Source: an uncultured Spirochaetales bacterium (GTDB lineage Bacteria > Spirochaetota > Spirochaetia > SPDA01 > CAYXSD01). From it: a stretch of 64,000 nucleotides of DNA. A program made the position numbers and the translations under genes. The notes under the pieces are model-generated. The model did not search any database. It was not told the DNA's origin and saw only the letters and a program-made list of their open reading frames with translations. Below, piece by piece: positions 19,850-28,512 of the stretch. The first letter of the stretch is position 1. Every line of letters begins with the position of its first letter. Location of the stretch: the NCBI GenBank assembly GCA_964466335.1, contig CAYXSD010000002.1, forward strand, positions 33,238-97,237, given 5' to 3'.

Positions 19850-20074
19850 AATTCTAAAAGGTGAATTCTTTCAGACTTCACCTTTTAGAATTTGCCTCAA
19901 ACCCTTTGAATAATAAACAAATTCAAGGAAATTGAATACCAATTCTATTATGAAAGTAGGACTTTCATAATAGAATTGCTCAATCAATAAAGCAAACCCC
20001 AATACTACAAATTTGATAGAAATTTCATAAAAAGTCAAATCACAGCAGCAATTCTCATCTCTATATCTGAGAAT
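19850..20074. promoter_or_regulatory. Cluster of three palindromes sharing AATTCT...AGAATT termini in the divergent intergenic region
   Basis: IR1 spans 19850..19892 with 16-bp arms (AATTCTAAAAGGTGAA and TTCACCTTTTAGAATT) and an 11-nt loop. IR2 spans 19941..19977 with perfect 17-bp arms and a 3-nt loop. IR3 spans 20051..20074 (ATTCTCA-N10-TGAGAAT). All were read directly from the sequence. Confidence 0.5.
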
Positions 20075-20119
20075 GGGAACCAAAGAAAAGAAGTCCTTCA
20101 AAGAGAAGCCCTTCAAAGG

Positions 20120-20148
20120 TTGACTTCTCTTCGATATTTCAGTATAAT
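20120..20148 (+). promoter_or_regulatory. Near-consensus sigma-70 promoter for nadA (TTGACT, 17-nt spacer, TATAAT)
   Basis: Read directly from the sequence. It lies 30 nt upstream of the nadA ATG at 20178. Confidence 0.6.
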
Positions 20149-20177
20149 CTTCACAAAACTACTAGGAATTGTGAAGT

Positions 20178-21116
20178 ATGTATAAGGAAAAGAACAGCAG
20201 CGGGAATACAGAAGAGATTCTTAAGAACATTAATATGTTAAGAAAAGAAAAAAACGCAGTTATACTTGCCCATAGTTACCAGCCATTGGATGTACAGCAT
20301 GTGGCGGACTACATCGGGGACTCCCTTGGGCTCTGTATACAAGCCGGACAGACGGAAGCGGAGGTAATTGTCTTCTGCGGGGTCCACTTTATGGCGGAAA
20401 GCGCGAAGATCCTCAACCCAAAGAAGACGGTACTGCTACCGGTGAAAGAAGCCGGATGTCCCATGGCGGATATGGCCTCCGGCGGGGCCCTTCGGGAATT
20501 GAAGGCGAAACACCCTAAGGCGATGGTGGTCTGCTATGTAAACAGTACCGCTGAAGTAAAGGCGGAAAGCGATATCTGTTGTACTTCCTCTAACGCGGTG
20601 GAGATCATCCGGAGTATACCCCGGGACCGGGAGATTATTTTTGTTCCGGACCGGCATCTTGGGGAATTTGCTGCGGCCCAGGCAGAGCGTGATGTAGTCC
20701 TCTGGGACGGATACTGTCCGGTCCATCAGCGTATTACGGGAGATGACATCCAACGGGTCAAGGAAAAACATCCTGACGCGATAGTTATGGTGCATCCGGA
20801 ATGCTCTCGGGAAGTGCGAGAAATGGCAGATTATGTTGGGAGTACAACCAATATCTACAATAAGGCCGCCTCCAGCGCGGAACAGACGTTTATCATCGGT
20901 ACGGAAGAGGGAATAGTGCGGAGGATGCGGGAAGAGCTTCCCAATAAACTCTTCCTCTTACCGGACACGCCAGTGATATGCGCTGATATGAAGAAAATTT
21001 CCCTTCTGGATGTGGCGGAATCTCTAAGAAAAAATGAACCGGAAATCCGATTAGACCCCCAGATTGCCGCAAGGGCCTTAGATCCGGTAAAACGGATGCT
21101 GGAAAAGCGAGGGTAG
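20178..21116 (+). CDS. nadA: Quinolinate synthase A
   Basis: 312 aa. Conserved NadA tripartite repeats (ILAHSYQ, FCGVHFMAESAKIL, MVHPEC) and Fe-S Cys residues are present. Confidence 0.85.
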   Translation: MYKEKNSSGNTEEILKNINMLRKEKNAVILAHSYQPLDVQHVADYIGDSLGLCIQAGQTEAEVIVFCGVHFMAESAKILNPKKTVLLPVKEAGCPMADMASGGALRELKAKHPKAMVVCYVNSTAEVKAESDICCTSSNAVEIIRSIPRDREIIFVPDRHLGEFAAAQAERDVVLWDGYCPVHQRITGDDIQRVKEKHPDAIVMVHPECSREVREMADYVGSTTNIYNKAASSAEQTFIIGTEEGIVRRMREELPNKLFLLPDTPVICADMKKISLLDVAESLRKNEPEIRLDPQIAARALDPVKRMLEKRG

Positions 21117-21123
21117 GTGAAGA

Positions 21124-21570
21124 ATGTTCGAGGTGCCCAGTAGAGTACGGTATGCCTTGAGGGCCCTCACCGATATAGGGGAGGGTAAGAACGAGAAGGT
21201 ATCCATTCAAGAGATATCGAAGAACCAGGGAATATCCAAAAAATATCTTGAGAATATCTTCCACCAGCTGAAAAATGCGGGTATCCTATCCAGTGTCAGG
21301 GGACCAAATGGGGGATACCGTTTAGCGAAGGACCCGGAAAAGATCAGCATTTATGATATCGTTGAGGCCCTTGAAGGACCCGTGGATATGGTCCACTGTC
21401 TCGACAATGAGGGAAACTGTTCCCGGGTAAATACGTGCCCCAGCAGGTCCTTTTGGGGCGATCTGAGAAGAATAAACAGGGATTTTCTGTCCCACCAGAC
21501 TCTGGAAATGCTTGTTCAGATAAAGGAAGGAAAAGATGGAAGAAGGTATGAATCGGGTGTATCTGGATAA
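21124..21570 (+). CDS. Rrf2 family transcriptional regulator (IscR/NsrR-like), likely Fe-S-binding
   Basis: Winged HTH (ISKNQGISKKYLENIFHQLKNAGILSSVRGPNGGYRL). A three-Cys cluster (CLDNEGNCSRVNTC) is present as in cluster-binding Rrf2 proteins. The gene lies upstream of nifS/nifU. Confidence 0.75.
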   Translation: MFEVPSRVRYALRALTDIGEGKNEKVSIQEISKNQGISKKYLENIFHQLKNAGILSSVRGPNGGYRLAKDPEKISIYDIVEALEGPVDMVHCLDNEGNCSRVNTCPSRSFWGDLRRINRDFLSHQTLEMLVQIKEGKDGRRYESGVSG

Positions 21571-22732
21571 TAACGCCACCACTCCCTTGGACACGGAAGT
21601 GAAAGAAGCCCTTCGGGAAGCACTTGAACTCTACGCTAACGGGTCCAGCATGCACGAAGATGGACGTAAAGTAGGGGTTGCAATAGAGGCCGCCCGGGAG
21701 AAACTGGCACGATTGATAAACGCAGAGCCGGAAGAGATTGTTTTTACCTCCGGGGGTTCCGAATCGAATAATTCGATTTTTCATCTTCTCCGGTTTGAAA
21801 AAGACAAAGGCGGATTAGGAGCAAAAGGTTCTCTAACTTCCAAACGCCGAGTGGTCTCTTCCGTTATAGAGCATCCCAGTGTTCTCGGTCCTTTGGCGCA
21901 ATTGGAAAAAGAAGGGTTTCCCGTAACCTTGCTGCCGGTGGATAGGTACGGGCTCGTAGATCCAGCGTCCCTGGAGGAGGTCCTCAATGACGAGGTTGCC
22001 TTGGTTTCAATCATGCTTGCCAATAATGAAATCGGCACCATCCAGCCATTAGAAAAAATTTCAGAAATTGTCCATTCCCGGGGTATTCCACTCCATACAG
22101 ATGCTGTTCAAGGGCTTGGAAAGATGGAAGTGGACGCGAAGAAGCTATCTGTGGATTATCTTAGCTGTTCAGCCCATAAACTCTACGGCCCCAAGGGGGT
22201 GGGGTGTCTTTACATACGGAAGGGAAGTCCCTTTACTCCCTACCTTCTTGGCGGGCATCAGGAAGATGGCCGGCGTGCAGGGACATACAACAGCACCGGA
22301 ATTATAGGCTTCGGGAAGGCTGCTGAGAAAGCGGAAAGAGATATGCAAAAGGACGCTAAAAGGCTCTCGAAGCTTCGGGACCGTTTGGAGGAGAGAATAA
22401 TAAAGACGGTCCCGGATGTGACGGTTAACGGCCATCCGAAACAGCGGCTGCCCAATACCACAAATATAAGTTTCGCCGGTGCCGAGGGCGAATCCATTCT
22501 GCTCTATCTCGATTTAGCGGGTATTGATGTTTCCACGGGTTCTGCTTGCGCCACAGGCTCCTTAGATCCCTCCCATGTTCTTATGGCCACCAATATTGAT
22601 CCGGAGTATGCCCACGGGTCTATCCGTTTCAGTCTTGGGAGAATGACCACAGAGGAGGAAATTGATAGGGTCCTTAGGGTCCTGCCGGAGATTATAGGTA
22701 AAATTAGAAAGATGTCTACTCGTTATACATAA
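21536..22732 (+). CDS. nifS: Cysteine desulfurase (NifS/IscS, class V aminotransferase)
   Basis: PLP Lys motif SAHKLYGPKGVG and active-site Cys in GSACATGS. The start overlaps the Rrf2 stop. Confidence 0.85.
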   Translation: MEEGMNRVYLDNNATTPLDTEVKEALREALELYANGSSMHEDGRKVGVAIEAAREKLARLINAEPEEIVFTSGGSESNNSIFHLLRFEKDKGGLGAKGSLTSKRRVVSSVIEHPSVLGPLAQLEKEGFPVTLLPVDRYGLVDPASLEEVLNDEVALVSIMLANNEIGTIQPLEKISEIVHSRGIPLHTDAVQGLGKMEVDAKKLSVDYLSCSAHKLYGPKGVGCLYIRKGSPFTPYLLGGHQEDGRRAGTYNSTGIIGFGKAAEKAERDMQKDAKRLSKLRDRLEERIIKTVPDVTVNGHPKQRLPNTTNISFAGAEGESILLYLDLAGIDVSTGSACATGSLDPSHVLMATNIDPEYAHGSIRFSLGRMTTEEEIDRVLRVLPEIIGKIRKMSTRYT

Positions 22733-22795
22733 TAGCCCTCGTTCTTTTTAGAGGAGACTAGAGTAAAGGAAAGAAAGCTTAACGGAGGAGAAAGA

Positions 22796-23413
22796 ATGAA
22801 ACAAACATCCTGGACATACTCGGAAGTGGTAAAGGACCATTTTATGAACCCGAGAAATATTTTAGATAATGAAGATGAATATCCCGCCGACGGCAGGGGA
22901 GAGGTGGGAAACATACAGTGCGGAGATCAAATGCTGGTGGTAATACAGGTGGAGGATGATAGGATCGTTGATTGCAGATGGAAGACGTACGGCTGCGCCA
23001 GCGCCATAGCTTCTACATCCATCCTCTCCGAAATGGTTATAGGAAAGACCCTTTCCGAAGCCTACAAGATAGGTCCTAAGGATATCATTAGCGGTTTGGA
23101 AGGTCTCCCGGCTAACAAGATCCATTGCTCAGTCTTAGGCGACAAGGCGCTGCGGGCGGCCATTGAGGATTACTACCGCAGGACCGGACGGGAGGAGATG
23201 ATTCCCGAAGAGGAAGTACAGACGGTCTGCGAATGTCTGAAGGTTACCGACAAGGACATCGAGAAGGCGGTGAAAGAGGAGGGGGTGCGCACCTGGGAGG
23301 AATTGCAGAGTGTCACCAAAATTGGCACTGGCTGCGGTAGTTGCCAAGAGGAAGGGGAGGAGCTCCTTCATCAGTATGTACATCTTTACGGAGGTAATGA
23401 GAACGGGCAATGA
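22796..23413 (+). CDS. nifU: NifU-like Fe-S scaffold protein with an IscU-type N-domain and a BFD-like [2Fe-2S] domain, no Nfu C-domain
   Basis: IscU Cys residues are found in GDQMLV, YGCASAIA and HCSV. The BFD-like CxC...CGSC motif is VCECLKV...GTGCGSC. Confidence 0.75.
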   Translation: MKQTSWTYSEVVKDHFMNPRNILDNEDEYPADGRGEVGNIQCGDQMLVVIQVEDDRIVDCRWKTYGCASAIASTSILSEMVIGKTLSEAYKIGPKDIISGLEGLPANKIHCSVLGDKALRAAIEDYYRRTGREEMIPEEEVQTVCECLKVTDKDIEKAVKEEGVRTWEELQSVTKIGTGCGSCQEEGEELLHQYVHLYGGNENGQ

Positions 23414-23419
23414 GCAAAG

Positions 23420-25537
23420 CTATCGGCTTTGCATTTCCGGGGGAGCGCGGCGGACAATGAACTCCTTCTTCGGTGAAACAGCGGATATCTTTGCGTGCTG
23501 CACTGCCTTTTCGTGAAAGTACTCCTGAGCGCGGACACGTTTTTTTCCTTTTTCCGGTGTTCTTCGTTTGTAAGAACCGTCGCTCTGAAGAACAGATGCC
23601 TTAGAGTTATCGGAGAAATAGACGTTGAGACTTTCAATGAGTCTCTGTTTTAGTGTTGGGTTTTCAATGGGAAACATAAGCTCTACCCTTCTCTCCAAGT
23701 TTCTGGGCATCCAGTCCGCGGAGGAGAGGAACACTTCCGTCTGCCCCCCGTTATGGAAGTAGAAAATTCTGCTGTGTTCCAAATACCTGTCGATAATACT
23801 TACCACGGAAATGTTTTTACTTAATCCGGAAACCCCGGGGACCAGCATACAAATCCCGCGGACATTAAGGGTAATCTGGATTCCCGCGTTGGATGCTCGG
23901 TAAAGGGCTTCTATTACCTGTGGGTCGGCAAGGGAGTTCATTTTTGCCATTATCCGACCGGGGGCATCGGGAAGGTTTTTCTCGATTTCCCTCTCAATGA
24001 GACTTAACAGTCTCGTTTTCAGGTTGCTTGGTGCCATAACCAGCTTCTGCAGGTTCGGGATGGAGGAATAGCCGGTAATGGCGTTGAAAAAGAGGACTGT
24101 ATCAAAGGTTATCTTCTCATTTGTGGTAAGAAAGCCGAAATCGGTGTAGAGTTTTGCAGTGGAATCATTGTAATTGCCTGTACCGAGATGAACATATCGT
24201 CGAACTCCCTCAGGTTCTCTTCGAACAATGAGGGTTGACTTAGAGTGGACCTTTAAATGCGCGATTCCGTATACAACAATCACCCCTGCTCTTTCCAATT
24301 GATACGCCCAGTGTATATTTCTTTCCTCATCGAAACGGGCCTTCAATTCAACTACAGCGGTGACTTGTTTCCCGTTTTTCGCGGCTTTCCCTAAGGCCTT
24401 TATAATGGGACTATCTCCGCTTGTCCTGTAGAGTGTCATCTTTATGGCGATAACATCTGGATCATCGGCGGCTTTATTAATAAGGTCCACCACCGGAGTA
24501 AAGGATTCGTAAGGATGATGGAGAAGAATATCCTGATGCTTTAGATTCTCCCATATGGACATGTCTTCCTCAATGGCCGGAGTGGGCTGGGGTTTCCAAT
24601 CCTCATAGCGTAATTCGTCGAAGCCTTTGGTGAAGGCGAGATCCATAATTCCCTTTAAGTCCAGTGGGCCTGTAATAAGGTAGACCCAGGAAGAATCAAT
24701 GGCAAGACGATTAAGGATGAGGTTCTTTAGCTTTTCACTGTGCCTGCTTATCTCCAAGCGAATGGGATAACTGTACTGCCGATTTACAATAACCTCCTCC
24801 ATCGCTTCCAAATAATCTTCGTCTCTTTCTTCATCTACGCTAAGGTCGGCGTCTCTGGTAACTCGGAAGAGAAGGTATTCCTTAATTGCGTATCCGGGAA
24901 AGAGTTTCGCCCCGTTTGAAACAATAATGTCCTCCAATAGAGTAAAACAGCTGTTTTTTTCCTCTGCCGGAAGCCACCAAATCCTATCTAGAGAAGGAGG
25001 TATCTGGACCATAGTGTAAAGAGGCCCCGTTTTTTCATTTTCCGGTTTCAAAGGAACCAGCTCAAACAGAACATGGAGTCTTAGAGATGTGGTAAAAGGA
25101 AAATCATTTCCCTCTTCTATTCTTACAGGAGTAAGGGTGTGAAAAATGTCGCGGTTAAAGATATCTTTAATAAAGATGGTCTGGGATTCTGAATAACTGT
25201 TCGAATCCCGATAGTTGAGTCTGTTTTTCGCGAGTTCGGTAAGCAGTACGTTGTTAAAATAATCGTACTGCTTGGCAATTATATCTCTAACACGCTTTTC
25301 AATTTCCTCAAGCTGGGTCGAAGGGGCCATTCCCGAAGGACAATGGACATGGTCCCCCTTTCGCATTTGTCTTCGAACTGTTGCCACTCGTACCATAAAG
25401 AACTCGTCGAAATTGGCGCTAACAATAGAGAGGAACTTCAGGCGCTCCAAGGGCGGGTTGATGGGATCAATTCCCTGCCATAATACTCTTCTGTTAAATT
25501 CGATCCAACTCAACTCTCTGTTAAAAAATTCAGCCAT
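23420..25537 (-). CDS. ppk: Polyphosphate kinase 1
   Basis: 705 aa. It begins MAEFFNRELSWIEFNRRVL and carries the PLD-like tandem C-domains of PPK1. Confidence 0.9.
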   Translation of the reverse strand: MAEFFNRELSWIEFNRRVLWQGIDPINPPLERLKFLSIVSANFDEFFMVRVATVRRQMRKGDHVHCPSGMAPSTQLEEIEKRVRDIIAKQYDYFNNVLLTELAKNRLNYRDSNSYSESQTIFIKDIFNRDIFHTLTPVRIEEGNDFPFTTSLRLHVLFELVPLKPENEKTGPLYTMVQIPPSLDRIWWLPAEEKNSCFTLLEDIIVSNGAKLFPGYAIKEYLLFRVTRDADLSVDEERDEDYLEAMEEVIVNRQYSYPIRLEISRHSEKLKNLILNRLAIDSSWVYLITGPLDLKGIMDLAFTKGFDELRYEDWKPQPTPAIEEDMSIWENLKHQDILLHHPYESFTPVVDLINKAADDPDVIAIKMTLYRTSGDSPIIKALGKAAKNGKQVTAVVELKARFDEERNIHWAYQLERAGVIVVYGIAHLKVHSKSTLIVRREPEGVRRYVHLGTGNYNDSTAKLYTDFGFLTTNEKITFDTVLFFNAITGYSSIPNLQKLVMAPSNLKTRLLSLIEREIEKNLPDAPGRIMAKMNSLADPQVIEALYRASNAGIQITLNVRGICMLVPGVSGLSKNISVVSIIDRYLEHSRIFYFHNGGQTEVFLSSADWMPRNLERRVELMFPIENPTLKQRLIESLNVYFSDNSKASVLQSDGSYKRRTPEKGKKRVRAQEYFHEKAVQHAKISAVSPKKEFIVRRAPPEMQSR

Positions 25538-27057
25538 TACACTATTACCACCTTCAGTCCGTATACTTCTTCAAAAAGGTTTCCTTTATAATCCAGTGCC
25601 ATCCGTTCCAGAGATATGTCCCCCTGATACTCGCAGTTTAGCACTACTTCCGTTTCTCTCTGCTCAATGGTAAATTCGCTAATTCGCTGTGAGTGTGCCC
25701 TGTCCAGGGCGTCAGCGACCCTAAGGAGAGCGGCAAGCTTCATGACGAGGACCCTCTCTTTTCGAGAGAGGGAGATGTAGCTCCTATGGGAGGGTTGCGG
25801 CAGGGATTTCCGATGATATCGAAGAACGTTGGAAACAATGATAATATCGTCCCGGTGAAGCCCGAAAATTTCAGAGTTGGAAACGAGGTATTGACTGTGC
25901 TTATGATGGCCGCTGGTATTTACGAATGAACCTATATCGTGGAGGATCGCTGAAATATGGAGCAGAAGCCGCGCGTGCTGGTCTAGTCCGTGTTCCTCCA
26001 TAAGGGAATCGAAGAGACTAAGGGAAAGTTTGGTTACATGGTTCGCGTGTTCCTCGTCGTAGTGGTATTTTCTTCCCAATCCCTTGGCAGAGGCAACCAC
26101 CTGGGAGACAAAATTCTGTTTTGTTACCGGGTCCGGGCCGGAGGCTACACTGAGAAGGACCCCCTCTCTAATACTTACGCTGGGGACAATGAGCCGCTCT
26201 GCCGAAGTCCTTTCGAGAAAGAGAAAGTATATAAACAGTCCGGGAAGGAGCATCTCCGCGTCGGTGTAGGGAATTTGAAGTTCCTGCACTATCTGGTCCA
26301 AGGTCCAATTCTGAAGCTGATGAACAAATGCGGCAAAATCCTCTTTTTCTATAATGGAATAATTCTCGTGTATAACCCTTCCTATTTGCTGTGCGGCGAT
26401 TCTGGCATCCCCCCCTACCGCAATAAAGTATTTTAGGCCTAACATCTTCACCTCAGTTTCCAACATCTCGCACATTGTATTGACGCGTTCGTGGAGGAAC
26501 CGCTGGAGGTTATAATTCTGGCCGGAGGTGGAAGTTATCTGCTGGTCCATGCGAACAGTACCAATGTTTAAAGAGTGGGCGGCAGCCATTTTTCCCCGAT
26601 GGAGGACCATGACTTCGGTGCTGCCGCCGCCTACCTCAATAATTATTGAGTTTGACCGGGAGATGCTCCCCTTTAGTTCTTGGATTGCCCACTGGACCGC
26701 CATATAGGTGAGACGGTTTTCCTCAATTCCTTCGGCTATTGAGATTTTCAATCCTGTTTTCACCGCTACTCTGTCTATGAAATTGTCCCGGTTTCTTGCC
26801 TCCCGAATGGCGCTTGTTGCAATTACCTGGATGTTTTCTTCCTCGATTTGCCATCCCTTAAGGATTTCCCGAAATCCGCCTAGAATTTGCAGGGACTGCA
26901 TCATGGAATTCCGACTGATCTTGCCGTTTACAAATACGTCCCTTCCCAGCGAAACCGGTTTTTCTGCCCGGTCAACGATACGCCAACTCCCCTCCGAAAA
27001 AATTTCAGCTACAACCATCCTGATTGCTGTGGATCCAATATCGATAACTGCCGTCAT
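25537..27057 (-). CDS. ppx: Exopolyphosphatase / guanosine pentaphosphate phosphohydrolase (Ppx/GppA) with a C-terminal HD domain
   Basis: The N-terminal actin-like ATPase fold begins IDIGSTAIRMVVAE. The C-terminal HD motif is HDIGSF...H. The start overlaps the ppk stop by 1 nt. Confidence 0.8.
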   Translation of the reverse strand: MTAVIDIGSTAIRMVVAEIFSEGSWRIVDRAEKPVSLGRDVFVNGKISRNSMMQSLQILGGFREILKGWQIEEENIQVIATSAIREARNRDNFIDRVAVKTGLKISIAEGIEENRLTYMAVQWAIQELKGSISRSNSIIIEVGGGSTEVMVLHRGKMAAAHSLNIGTVRMDQQITSTSGQNYNLQRFLHERVNTMCEMLETEVKMLGLKYFIAVGGDARIAAQQIGRVIHENYSIIEKEDFAAFVHQLQNWTLDQIVQELQIPYTDAEMLLPGLFIYFLFLERTSAERLIVPSVSIREGVLLSVASGPDPVTKQNFVSQVVASAKGLGRKYHYDEEHANHVTKLSLSLFDSLMEEHGLDQHARLLLHISAILHDIGSFVNTSGHHKHSQYLVSNSEIFGLHRDDIIIVSNVLRYHRKSLPQPSHRSYISLSRKERVLVMKLAALLRVADALDRAHSQRISEFTIEQRETEVVLNCEYQGDISLERMALDYKGNLFEEVYGLKVVIV

Positions 27058-28019
27058 TTTAGGGTCTCCTCCAGGGCAATGCCCGCCGCACCGAGGACAG
27101 CAGCGTCGTCGCCAAGCTCCGCCGGTTTGACCTCCACTCCTTCTACAAGAGCGGCCATGGCATGGTGCTTCATAGATTCCCTCGCCCTGCTTATGAAATA
27201 ATCCCCCAATTTCTCAACCAGCCCTCCACCCAGGATAATAAGCTCGGGATTAAAAATATTAACGCAGTTGGCCATACCGATCCCAAGAAAATAGGCGGCC
27301 CGATCAATCACCTCCACCACTGGACGTTCATCTTTTTCCAGGGCCTTCTCGTAGACCCTGCTTTTATAGTTTTTAAAATCCGTACTCGCTTCTTTAAGCG
27401 TAAAAGGGGCCTTCCCTGAGGAGGTGAGAGCGATTGTTTCCTTCGTTATGGCGGTCCGGCTGGCCAAGGATTCTAAACAGCCCTGTTGACCGCATCCACA
27501 GCGGGGGCCCTCGGTTTGAATAATCATATGACCAATTTCTCCGGCATTTCCCGAGGCACCACGGTAAAGACGCCCGTTGAGAATGATCCCTCCACCGATA
27601 CCGGTACCGGGAAACAGGGCAATTACGTGGTTATATCCCCGGGCGGCTCCGCTTATGAACTCGCCGTAGGTACCCGCGTTTACGTCGTTTTCCAGAAAGA
27701 TGGGGAAGGGGAAATGGTTTTTCAGCATGGAGACGAGAGGAAAATCGACGAACCCCAGGTTTGGGGTCTTGACGAGAGTGCCCGTTCTTAGGTCAATAGG
27801 GCCGGGAACGGCGAGACAAACCCCGCCGCATTCGGATTTCTTTACGCCCCCTTTTTTGAGCGTTTCTGTTATGGTCTCAACAATCCCTTGAGCTACCGCT
27901 TCTTGGCCCTTCTCGGCCTTTGTTTTCTCTTTAATCTTCTCAACAATGTTGCCTTCATACACCAGGGCGCTCAACATTTTTGTTCCGCCCAAATCGAAGC
28001 CTATAACAGGTGTTCCCAC
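27054..28019 (-). CDS. ROK family glucokinase
   Basis: N-terminal IGFDLGGTK and the ROK zinc motif CGCGQQGCLE. The stop overlaps the ppx start (ATGA). Confidence 0.75.
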   Translation of the reverse strand: MGTPVIGFDLGGTKMLSALVYEGNIVEKIKEKTKAEKGQEAVAQGIVETITETLKKGGVKKSECGGVCLAVPGPIDLRTGTLVKTPNLGFVDFPLVSMLKNHFPFPIFLENDVNAGTYGEFISGAARGYNHVIALFPGTGIGGGIILNGRLYRGASGNAGEIGHMIIQTEGPRCGCGQQGCLESLASRTAITKETIALTSSGKAPFTLKEASTDFKNYKSRVYEKALEKDERPVVEVIDRAAYFLGIGMANCVNIFNPELIILGGGLVEKLGDYFISRARESMKHHAMAALVEGVEVKPAELGDDAAVLGAAGIALEETLK

Positions 28020-28188
28020 TTTTTTCTCCCTCTATAGGTCAATACTAATACGGGGGTGGTGAAAAATCAATGAATCCTTTTTTTGTGTTAGAGCAACATT
28101 GAAACTCTGAAACACGGAGGAATACTATGAAGGAAATACTATGAAGGAAATTCTTGAAAAAGTAAGGAAAAATTCGTAGTATTACACT

Positions 28189-28512
28189 ATGGCAAATGGG
28201 CCTGGATTGGACAGCGGCATAGATGAATCTGTTTTGGAAGAAGTAGAGGAGGAGTTGAAGGAACCGGACATGTACCGGGTCCTGCTCCATAACGACCACT
28301 ATACCACTATGGATTTCGTGGTGGAGATCCTCCAGAAGGTGTTTCATAAATCGATAATAGAGGCTACCAAGATCATGCTGGATGTCCATAAAAAGGGAAT
28401 GGGAAATGTGGGGGTGTACACCTACGACATTGCCGCTACTAAAGTAGCCCAGGTCCGTCGGTTGGCAAAAAGCCGAGAATTCCCTCTAAAGTGCACCATG
28501 GAGAAAGCATGA
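28189..28512 (+). CDS. clpS: ATP-dependent Clp protease adaptor ClpS
   Basis: 107 aa with the ClpS core PDMYRVLLHNDHYTTMDFVVEIL. It lies upstream of clpA. Confidence 0.85.
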   Translation: MANGPGLDSGIDESVLEEVEEELKEPDMYRVLLHNDHYTTMDFVVEILQKVFHKSIIEATKIMLDVHKKGMGNVGVYTYDIAATKVAQVRRLAKSREFPLKCTMEKA

